Shown one piece after another: positions 18,909-26,405 of a stretch of DNA of 30,525 bases. The stretch spans positions 1 through 30,525 of the forward strand of contig JBHIAT010000023.1 of NCBI GenBank assembly GCA_046758705.1. The letters run 5' to 3'. The first letter of the stretch is position 1, and every line of letters starts with the position of its first letter. The notes under the pieces were generated by a model, which was not told the DNA's origin, did no database searches, and saw nothing but the letters and a program-made list of their open reading frames with translations. The translations under genes and the position numbers were made by a program. Source of the stretch: Candidatus Bipolaricaulia bacterium (GTDB lineage Bacteria > Bipolaricaulota > Bipolaricaulia > JBHIAT01).

Positions 18909-19886
18909 ATGAGGATCTTGGTCACCGGGGGTGCCGGGTTTATCGGTTCCCACGTCGTCGCTCGCTATATCGAGATGGGCCATCGGGTCACCGTCCTCGA
19001 TGACTTGTCGATCGGCAGGTCGGAGAATCTGATCGAGGGGGCGGAACTCGTCCAGCTGGATATCAGAGACGATGATGGACTGCGACAACTCTTCCACCGT
19101 GAGCGCTTCGATCTGGTGAATCATCACGCAGCTCAGATGGACGTCAGACGCTCGGTGGCTGATCCAGCTTTCGACGCCGCGGTCAACATCCTCGGTAGCT
19201 TGAATCTCCTCCAGAACTGCATCCAACACGAGGTGAACCAGTTCATCTTCACCTCCTCCGGCGGAGTGATCTACGGCGAAGCCGACCCCGAAAAGATTCC
19301 ACTGACAGAGCGTGCGGTGAAACGGCCGATCAGCCCCTATGGGGTGTCGAAGTTGGCGGTGGAACATTATCTTTACCACTACCGGATCAACCACGGGTTG
19401 CGATATGTGTCGTTGCGCTACGCCAACGTGTACGGACCCAGACAGGATCCTCACGGCGAGGCCGGCGTAGTCGCTATCTTCATCGGACAGATGCTCAACG
19501 GAGCGCGGCCGACGATCTTCGGCAACGGCGAACAACTTCGAGATTATATCTATGTGAAGGATGTCGTCGCCACCAACATGCTGGCGACCGCGCGGCTCGA
19601 CGCGCTGAACGAAGATCCAGTCAACTCGATCGATGACCTCGCCTTCAATATTGGCACGGGCCGGGCAACCTCGGTGAACGGACTCTTCGAAACGGTAAGT
19701 CGCATCCTGAGTTATCGGGACCCGCCTCGGTACGGCAACCCGCGATCGGGAGAGATTCAACGAAATGCCCTAAACATCACCAAGGCGAAGCAACAACTGG
19801 GGTATCGGCCCGAATACGATCTCGAGACAGGGTTGAGGGAGACGGTCAGGTGGGTTCAGGCCCATAAGATATCCGTCGAGCGGTGA
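18909..19886 (+). CDS. NAD-dependent epimerase/dehydratase (UDP-glucose 4-epimerase-like)
   Basis: TGGAGFIG, YGVSK and RYANVYGPRQ motifs. Confidence 0.93.
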   Translation: MRILVTGGAGFIGSHVVARYIEMGHRVTVLDDLSIGRSENLIEGAELVQLDIRDDDGLRQLFHRERFDLVNHHAAQMDVRRSVADPAFDAAVNILGSLNLLQNCIQHEVNQFIFTSSGGVIYGEADPEKIPLTERAVKRPISPYGVSKLAVEHYLYHYRINHGLRYVSLRYANVYGPRQDPHGEAGVVAIFIGQMLNGARPTIFGNGEQLRDYIYVKDVVATNMLATARLDALNEDPVNSIDDLAFNIGTGRATSVNGLFETVSRILSYRDPPRYGNPRSGEIQRNALNITKAKQQLGYRPEYDLETGLRETVRWVQAHKISVER

Positions 19887-19892
19887 TCGTAG

Positions 19893-21029
19893 ATGACCGA
19901 GCGATCAGAAAGACCCGAGAGACGCAGACCTTACCTGCTGTGGCTTCTCATCGGGATCCTCGTCACGCTCGGTGTGTCGTTCGCCGTCTCCCCAGGCTTC
20001 CAGGATACGGTGCGCACCCAGTTCAGAATTCTGTTCGGTAAACAGGGATTTGCCTTGGAGACTTTGGCGGTCTCCCCAGAGCACCCGATGGTCGGCGATG
20101 TGGTGGTCTTTTCCGCCCGGGTCCGCAACCGTGGGGCCGGCGGAACCGACAACCTGTCCCTGCGCGTGGATGGGGAGCTGACCCGCATCCGAGAGATCTC
20201 GCTTGAGGCCCGAGAAGAGGCGGTCGTCCCATTCCGTGTCTCCTTCGACCACGACGGTGATCACCAGGTCGAGATCCGCGGACAGCATGCGGAGGGGATC
20301 TTGAGGAAGCGGGTGGATGTCGGACCGCTGATCCTGGTCGAGGGCCTGGAGGTTCCCAAATCGGCGATCACGGGAGAGACGGTAGAGATCGGCGTGCGGT
20401 TGCGAAATCGAGGGCTCACGGATGGCTCCTTGCCGCTGACGCTCACCGTGGATGGACAGGAGATGGGGACGAAGGCGTTTTCGGTGAACTCCGGTGCGTC
20501 GGTGATCGGTCGCTTTGCTGCGACGTTCCCGGAGCCGGGTAGATTCCAGGTCACGATCGACAGGGCAACGGCCGAGATCGAAGTCTGGTCGGCCACTGTA
20601 TCGGCCAATGTCAACCGCCAGGCCCTGGAGATCGCCAGCCGAGAGGTCCAAGGACAGAACAGCTTTGGCGCCGAGTACCTCCGGACGGTGACGGTGTTCA
20701 GCGGAACGGATGGCACCTATCGCGTGGTCGTCGACTACAACGCCGACAATGATCGATCGGCCGGGGAGATCAAACTGGAGATGGAACGGGTGATGCGGCG
20801 GTTGTATCGGGCGTTCTACTCGAACGATCTGAATGTCAGCCAGGTGTCGGTGGCCGCATACCTGCCGGTGGAGGTTCAGGCTGGGGAGATCCGCACCCAG
20901 GTCGTCTACCGGACCATGCTCGATCGCGAGCGGGCCAGACAGATCGACTGGACAGGGGTGACGCTCGCAGATTTGCGCAATACCTGGGAGCTGGAGGCAC
21001 TGAACCCGCAACTGTTCGGCGGAAGTTGA
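19893..21029 (+). CDS. Membrane-anchored CARDB/Ig-like domain protein
   Basis: N-terminal TM, then two Ig-like repeats (G..V.....V.NRG...L.VDG...F...G.H/F.V.I). Confidence 0.75.
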   Translation: MTERSERPERRRPYLLWLLIGILVTLGVSFAVSPGFQDTVRTQFRILFGKQGFALETLAVSPEHPMVGDVVVFSARVRNRGAGGTDNLSLRVDGELTRIREISLEAREEAVVPFRVSFDHDGDHQVEIRGQHAEGILRKRVDVGPLILVEGLEVPKSAITGETVEIGVRLRNRGLTDGSLPLTLTVDGQEMGTKAFSVNSGASVIGRFAATFPEPGRFQVTIDRATAEIEVWSATVSANVNRQALEIASREVQGQNSFGAEYLRTVTVFSGTDGTYRVVVDYNADNDRSAGEIKLEMERVMRRLYRAFYSNDLNVSQVSVAAYLPVEVQAGEIRTQVVYRTMLDRERARQIDWTGVTLADLRNTWELEALNPQLFGGS

Positions 21030-21110
21030 AATTTATCGGGAATTAGATCATAATAACGATTCAAATGTGAGAAAATCGAGAGAGAGTATCCTTCAGACAG
21101 CCAATATGCT

Positions 21111-21136
21111 CTATCGGTCAGTTGACCGATAGTTTT
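21111..21136. promoter_or_regulatory. Perfect 10-bp inverted repeat (terminator or operator) upstream of the DUF5317 gene
   Basis: CTATCGGTCA-GT-TGACCGATAG followed by TTTT. Confidence 0.5.
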
Positions 21137-21215
21137 CCTCAGGATTAGGATATATAATATAACCGCTGTTCAAGTGTTCAAGCGGCCCAAGAACAGGAGA
21201 TGAAGAAAACTCTTA

Positions 21216-21797
21216 ATGCTTATTGATGGAGTGATCTTGGCGATTCTGCTGGCGTGGCTTTCCGGAGGTGATTTTCGGAAGCTGGCCGATATCCCGCTGA
21301 AGCGGGTTTTCCTGATCGTCATGGCATTCGGCATCCAGTTCGGGCTCATCTTCTCCCCTGGGAATTCCTTCCTCCACGCCTACAACCCGTATATCCACCT
21401 AGGAACCTACGGCTTGCTCTTCTGGGCGTTGTGGGAGAACCGGCGAGTAGTCGGGATGAAGCTGGTCGGCCTGGGGCTTGCGCTGAACTTCCTCGTCATC
21501 GCGGCCAATGGTGGGAAGATGCCGGTCTCACTCTCGGCGATGCAGAAGACAGAACTCGACACACCCCAAACCATGGACTCGCTCCAAAGCGGCCGTGCCT
21601 TCAAACACAAGTTGATGACCGAGAAGACACGGCTCGATTTTCTGGGGGATGTGTTCTACATCCCGAAGCTCTATCCGGAGATGCGGGTGTTCAGCATTGG
21701 AGATGTCTTGCTTTTGGGAGGCATTGTCCAGATGATCTTCTACTATATGAGACAGGGAAAGAAAGTGACGGGTCCTTTCCGATGGATAAGTCGATAA
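21216..21797 (+). CDS. DUF5317 family membrane protein; candidate LspA-like aspartic peptidase
   Basis: Multi-TM; N..VIAANGGKMPV, LDFLGDV and FSIGDV motifs. Confidence 0.8.
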   Translation: MLIDGVILAILLAWLSGGDFRKLADIPLKRVFLIVMAFGIQFGLIFSPGNSFLHAYNPYIHLGTYGLLFWALWENRRVVGMKLVGLGLALNFLVIAANGGKMPVSLSAMQKTELDTPQTMDSLQSGRAFKHKLMTEKTRLDFLGDVFYIPKLYPEMRVFSIGDVLLLGGIVQMIFYYMRQGKKVTGPFRWISR

Positions 21798-21842
21798 GAT
21801 ATCGGGAATGGAGTCGTTAAACCTGTTGCTGTTCGGCGGGGG

Positions 21843-21871
21843 TTGAAATTTAGATTGAATTAGGTTAAAAT
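21843..21871 (+). promoter_or_regulatory. Sigma70 promoter for the peptide / HD-GYP unit
   Basis: TTGAAA-N17-TAAAAT. Confidence 0.6.
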
Positions 21872-22076
21872 CGAACGATAACTACGCAACTGTTGATCTG
21901 TGTCATTGTACCCTTTGATGGGCTCAATTAAGGTGGGTGTTGAAGGAGCAACGGCCAGCCAGAAGCCACGACATACAACGCCGTCCTATTCCACGTGAGT
22001 ACCTTCGAGAGCGGAGCGGAGCTCGTTCATCCCTTCTAGCGGACGGATGGAACAGGTCTCTAAGAAGGTGGAATCA

Positions 22077-22163
22077 ATGAAGGCTCGGCTGGTAAAGGCA
22101 ATCCTGACCTTGCTCGGCCTGCTGCTCGCAGGTGGGGCTGGTGCAGGTTGGACTGGTGGTTAA
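22077..22163 (+). CDS. 28-aa putative signalling-peptide precursor MKARLVKAILTLLGLLLAGGAGAGWTGG
   Basis: RBS AAGAAGGTG, ATG...TAA; basic n-region, hydrophobic h-region, short Gly/Trp tail; below the ORF-track size cut-off. Confidence 0.75.
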   Translation: MKARLVKAILTLLGLLLAGGAGAGWTGG

Positions 22164-22220
22164 ATACTTTACCCATTCTGGCTGGCTGGCTCCTAAATTA
22201 ATCTTTACGCGGAGCGGATC

Positions 22221-23519
22221 GTGAAGCTTCCCTTAACAGCTCGCCTCTATATCGCTCTCCTCGGCTCCCTTAGCCTTCTCGCTCTAGTCTGGTCTGGAAT
22301 CAGGCTACCCTGGGAGGATTCCTGGAAAGTCCTTATCTTATTCTCCGCTCTTTATATGAGTGCAGAACTATTACAGGTAAGAATTCCGAAAACACCAGGT
22401 TTTCTTACCGTAGGGCCTGCTATAGCATTGGCGATGATCTATATCGGCGGGCCGTGGCTGGCAACATGGGGGGGCGCAGTAGGCAGCTTAATCGGTGAAA
22501 TACTTGCTCGAAAAACTAACAAACTCAGAGCTAGAGGGATTGCTTTTAATGTTTTTCAATTCAGCATTGCCTCTTTCCTGGGGGGGATCTTCTTTATTGC
22601 AACCGGGGGCGTGGCAGGAGAGATCTCCTTACCTAATATTTTATCCGCTGTTGCTGCCGGTGTCATCTATTTCGTTGTAAACATTTTTCTTCTCTCCATG
22701 ATCTTCTCTCTTACCACCGAGAAATCCTTTGTTACCGTCTGGAAGTTGAATCTCCGAAATTTAACGGCGAACTATCTGGCCCTCACCCCGCTGGGCATTT
22801 TGCTCGGTATTATTTATATCCAAATCGGTATTGTCGGTGTCATCCTTATAGCCGGACCGTTGCTGCTTGCCCGATATGGATTCAAGCTCTACATGGAGAC
22901 GCAGGAGGAGCACATCGCCGTGCTACGCAGCCTGGTCAACACCCTCGAAGCCAAGGACGAATACACCAAGGGTCACTCAGAACGGGTCGCCTTCTATGCA
23001 GTGAGGCTCGCCCAGGTCCTCGACCTTCCCCCCCAGAAGATCGCCGAGATCATGAGGGCCGGCTACCTGCACGACATCGGCAAGATCGCCATCGATGATA
23101 CCATCTTGCGCAAGCCCGGAAAATTGAGCCAACACGAGCTCGACCTCATTCGGGAACACCCGGAACGCGGTGCCAGGATGGTCTCCAGTCTGCGGTTCCT
23201 AGGGGAGACCGTTGACATCATCCGTTACCACCAGGAGAAGTACGATGGGACCGGCTATCCCGAACGCCTGAAGGCGACACAGATCCCCATGGGTGCGCGA
23301 ATTCTGCGGATCGCCGACACCTACGATGCGATGACTTCGAATCGCCCCTATCGACCCGCCCTGGGCGATTCCCAGGCGCTCGCTGAGCTACAGCGGTGTG
23401 CAGGAACGGATTTCGATCCCCAGCTCGTCAAGCCGTTCGTCACGATGATCAACGCCAATCATAAACCACTACGTCGGTACAATGTTCAGGAGATCGAGGA
23501 GGTCCTCAGTGCTTATTGA
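22221..23519 (+). CDS. Multi-TM sensor plus HD-GYP cyclic-dinucleotide phosphodiesterase
   Basis: About 6-7 N-terminal TMs; EAKD.YT.GHSERV, LHDIGK, HQEKYDGTGYP and AD.YDAMTSNRPYR motifs. Confidence 0.92.
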   Translation: MKLPLTARLYIALLGSLSLLALVWSGIRLPWEDSWKVLILFSALYMSAELLQVRIPKTPGFLTVGPAIALAMIYIGGPWLATWGGAVGSLIGEILARKTNKLRARGIAFNVFQFSIASFLGGIFFIATGGVAGEISLPNILSAVAAGVIYFVVNIFLLSMIFSLTTEKSFVTVWKLNLRNLTANYLALTPLGILLGIIYIQIGIVGVILIAGPLLLARYGFKLYMETQEEHIAVLRSLVNTLEAKDEYTKGHSERVAFYAVRLAQVLDLPPQKIAEIMRAGYLHDIGKIAIDDTILRKPGKLSQHELDLIREHPERGARMVSSLRFLGETVDIIRYHQEKYDGTGYPERLKATQIPMGARILRIADTYDAMTSNRPYRPALGDSQALAELQRCAGTDFDPQLVKPFVTMINANHKPLRRYNVQEIEEVLSAY

Positions 23520-23574
23520 CGGAGCGATCCTGGTGATTCTGCTCGCTTGGGCTCTAAGGAAGAGAGGTGGATAG
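23509..23574 (+). pseudogene. 5' stub of a second DUF5317 gene
   Basis: MLIDGAILVILLAW vs MLIDGVILAILLAW at 21216 (35/42 nt identical); RBS GAGGAGGT; stops after 21 aa. Confidence 0.75.
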
Positions 23575-23589
23575 CCTCTTCCAATTCCA

Positions 23590-24246
23590 ATGGAGGAGAA
23601 AGAGGTTCAACGGTTAGAGACAGAGCTTCAGAAGATTGAAGATATCCTGCGTGCCCGTGTCGTCACCGGCCGGGTGGGGGAGATTATCGCAATTCACATC
23701 CTGGCACGGGCCAAGCGCAGCCCGCATCAGGTCGTCCGGGATGTGGAAACCCTGATAAACACGCTCGTTGACAAGCCGATCGACCACCGCAAGATCAGCG
23801 TGGCCCAGATCGCTGGGGAGGGGGAGGAGGTCTCCGACAGGCTCCAAGTCACCGCGGGGATCCGTCTGGTCATCTCGGCCGTGAACGTCTCGACGATGAA
23901 AGACCGGGTCTGGTGTGAGGTCCGGTTCTCCGTGGACGATAAGGAGCTTATCGGAGAGGCAGAGGGAAAACGCCTTGACCAGAATCTGCTGCGCGTCGCC
24001 GCCGAGGCGACCCTGAATGCATTCGAGGAGTACCTGAACAAGAGTTGGTCGTTCGCGGTCGAAGAGATCCGCACGATCCCCCTGATCAGTGGTCAGGCCA
24101 TCATTGTCCGTGTCAGGCTATTGATCGCCGGTCGGGAGGAGGTATTGCTCGGCATCGCCCCGGTCGGGGATAGCCCATCGGAGGACGCGGTCAAGGCGAC
24201 CCTGAATGCTGTCAACCGGCGGATCTCGACACTGATTACCAAGTAA
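23590..24246 (+). CDS. Conserved hypothetical protein with an internally duplicated C-terminal motif
   Basis: VVRDVE..IDHRKISVAQ N-domain; repeated AAEATLNAF / AVKATLNAVNR. Confidence 0.7.
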   Translation: MEEKEVQRLETELQKIEDILRARVVTGRVGEIIAIHILARAKRSPHQVVRDVETLINTLVDKPIDHRKISVAQIAGEGEEVSDRLQVTAGIRLVISAVNVSTMKDRVWCEVRFSVDDKELIGEAEGKRLDQNLLRVAAEATLNAFEEYLNKSWSFAVEEIRTIPLISGQAIIVRVRLLIAGREEVLLGIAPVGDSPSEDAVKATLNAVNRRISTLITK

Positions 24247-24257
24247 TCATATCTTAA

Positions 24258-24830
24258 CTAGGTCGTCTCTAGGCGACAGGCAACGCATAGGTCGTCCTGC
24301 TCATCGTGGTAAATCCCGCACCGGAAGCAGCGCTTCCAACCCCACTGCTCCCGGATCCACTCCCGTTTAACCTCCGAGTGAATCATCTCCATCAGTGCCC
24401 GCTTCAACCGATCATCCTCAACTCCACGCACCATCTCCTCAATCCGCTGATCTTCCGCCTCATCCAGGGAGATTTGAGGGAGATCGTCCGACTTCCTTTC
24501 CGCCTGCCGTGCTTTCGTCCTTTCCTGTATCTGTCCCTTGATCACCTGAAACCGAACTCCTTTGATCCAGTTGGTTTCGCTCAAGCGCGCGTTGATCTTC
24601 TCCACGAATCGCTCCTCCATCATCGAGAGTTCCTGTTGAACGACGTGGTTGGTCACCTCTATATGGAGAACCCTGTTCTTGACGATCAGTGGAGTGGTGA
24701 GTCTCCCGATATTTGCATCCACCACTTCAGCCCATATCCAAAGCGGCTCCTGCTGCATATATTGCCGATAGAGCGCGTTCCGCCTGAAGATCCCGATGAT
24801 CGCTTTCCGGTCCATAAGCCGGCTCCTCAT
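24258..24830 (-). CDS. dciA: DciA (DUF721) family protein with C-terminal Zn-ribbon
   Basis: W.EVV...I...T.P...KN.VL.IEV......QEL motif; two CxxC pairs; follows recF. Confidence 0.78.
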   Translation of the reverse strand: MRSRLMDRKAIIGIFRRNALYRQYMQQEPLWIWAEVVDANIGRLTTPLIVKNRVLHIEVTNHVVQQELSMMEERFVEKINARLSETNWIKGVRFQVIKGQIQERTKARQAERKSDDLPQISLDEAEDQRIEEMVRGVEDDRLKRALMEMIHSEVKREWIREQWGWKRCFRCGIYHDEQDDLCVACRLETT

Positions 24831-25939
24831 CGATGGCCGTGCGTCATTCTTCCATCGATCATATAATAGATGTCCCCGTCGAGCCTTTGCAACAGGTCGT
24901 TGACTTCGGTGTGAGTCAGGAACACTTGCCCGTTCGTGGGCAGATTCTCGATCAGGAGCTTTGCCCGGTTCTGATCGAACTCCGAGATCACATCGTCGAT
25001 GATCAGGATCGGTGAATCGGTAAACTGCTCCTGAATCAACTCGACCTGGGCCACCTTAATCGAGATGATGAACAGCTTCTGCTGTCCTTGAGAGCCATAG
25101 CGCTCCATATCCACCCCATCCCAGATGAACCGCAGATCGTCCCGATGCGGTCCGACGAGCGAAAAATGCCGTTCCCGTTCCTCCGCCTTGACTGCCTCGA
25201 TCCGTGTCGCATAGCGCTCCCGTATCTCGTTCATCCCGATCCCGATATTCAGATCCTGGTACGGCTCATCCAGTGAACAGAGGTACTTCAGTCTGAGGGT
25301 CCCCTTCTTTCTCATCAATCGTTCATAGATCTGGGGAAGTCTGTCATTGAGTTCGTTAAGATAATGGACCCGTCGATGGAGGAGCCTTGATCCCGTCTCG
25401 ACCAAACTTTCGTTCAACACCTCCAGAAGCCGGTGATCGATTCGCTCCTTCTTCAACAGGGCGTTCTTTCTGCTCAATTCTTTGCGATATTTTTCCAGAT
25501 AATAACTATATTCGCGATCCAAAGCTGTTATACTTCGATTCAAAAACCTTCTTCTCCCTTGAGGGCTTCCCTTGATGATCTGCAGCTCATCGGGGACGAA
25601 GATGAACGATCTTAAGTAACGATCCATATCGCCCGTCGTACTGACCGATTGGTAGTTCACCTCAACCCGCTTCATCTGGCTCTCACGATCCAACACCAAC
25701 TTGATATGATCTTTCTCCGTTTCGATCTCGATGCGCGTGTAGTTCTCTTCCCAGTTAATCAGCTCTCTCTGCCGTTTTCCTTTAAGCAGTCGTCCCTGCG
25801 CGGTATAGTAGATTGCCTCACAGAAGTTGGTCTTCCCAGAGGCGTTTTCTCCCACGATGAGGTTGACTCCTTGATTCGGCTTGATTTCTAACGTTTGGAT
25901 GTTACGGAAATGTTCCAAGCGGATCCGTTCGATGTGCAT
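24827..25939 (-). CDS. recF: DNA replication/repair protein RecF
   Basis: GENASGKTN, GPHRDD, GSQGQQK and LIIDDVISEFD motifs. Confidence 0.96.
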   Translation of the reverse strand: MHIERIRLEHFRNIQTLEIKPNQGVNLIVGENASGKTNFCEAIYYTAQGRLLKGKRQRELINWEENYTRIEIETEKDHIKLVLDRESQMKRVEVNYQSVSTTGDMDRYLRSFIFVPDELQIIKGSPQGRRRFLNRSITALDREYSYYLEKYRKELSRKNALLKKERIDHRLLEVLNESLVETGSRLLHRRVHYLNELNDRLPQIYERLMRKKGTLRLKYLCSLDEPYQDLNIGIGMNEIRERYATRIEAVKAEERERHFSLVGPHRDDLRFIWDGVDMERYGSQGQQKLFIISIKVAQVELIQEQFTDSPILIIDDVISEFDQNRAKLLIENLPTNGQVFLTHTEVNDLLQRLDGDIYYMIDGRMTHGHR

Positions 25940-25989
25940 AGACCGACCTCTCTATGACGTATTGGTACTTGAAGCCCCAATTAACAACT

Positions 25990-26255
25990 TACAGTTCCTA
26001 CTCTATAAGATTATATCTCTTAAGTAGTAGTAGTAGGGGGAACCAAAACCTGTAGAAAACTATATCAAACACAGAATAAAAGCATATTACAGGCTGTAGA
26101 AATAGCTGTATAAAGCCTGTAGAGGGTTTGTAGAAAACTCTCTTTGGTAAATAACTTGAAACAAGTTTTCTACAGGTTCTTAGGGTTTTCTACAACCTTT
26201 CTACACAGTTTTATACAGGGTTTTCTACAGGGATGAAACCCCCTACTATTGGGTA
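25990..26255. other. Predicted oriC: AT-rich region, DnaA-trios and ten DnaA-box-like 9-mers
   Basis: (TAG)4 at 26025-26036; TGTAGAAAA-like boxes at 26051, 26095, 26107, 26118, 26129; TTTTCTACA-like boxes at 26166, 26186, 26197, 26209, 26221; directly downstream of dnaA. Confidence 0.85.
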
Positions 26256-26405
26256 TTTGATGGAGAGAAGCACGGGAATACTGTTCAAAACAAGGTTTTC
26301 GGGACAAGTTGGTTCTCACAAAAAATTTTTCACTAATTAAAAAGTTCCAGACAGATAACGGACAATAAAGCGACTAATAACGAGGTTCATTCTAACTAAC
26401 CTGTC

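Noticed and set aside
19905-21011. Long antisense ORF (368 aa) and similar shadow ORFs across groEL, lhr and dnaA
   Set aside because: These are typical high-GC antisense shadows of well-supported genes.
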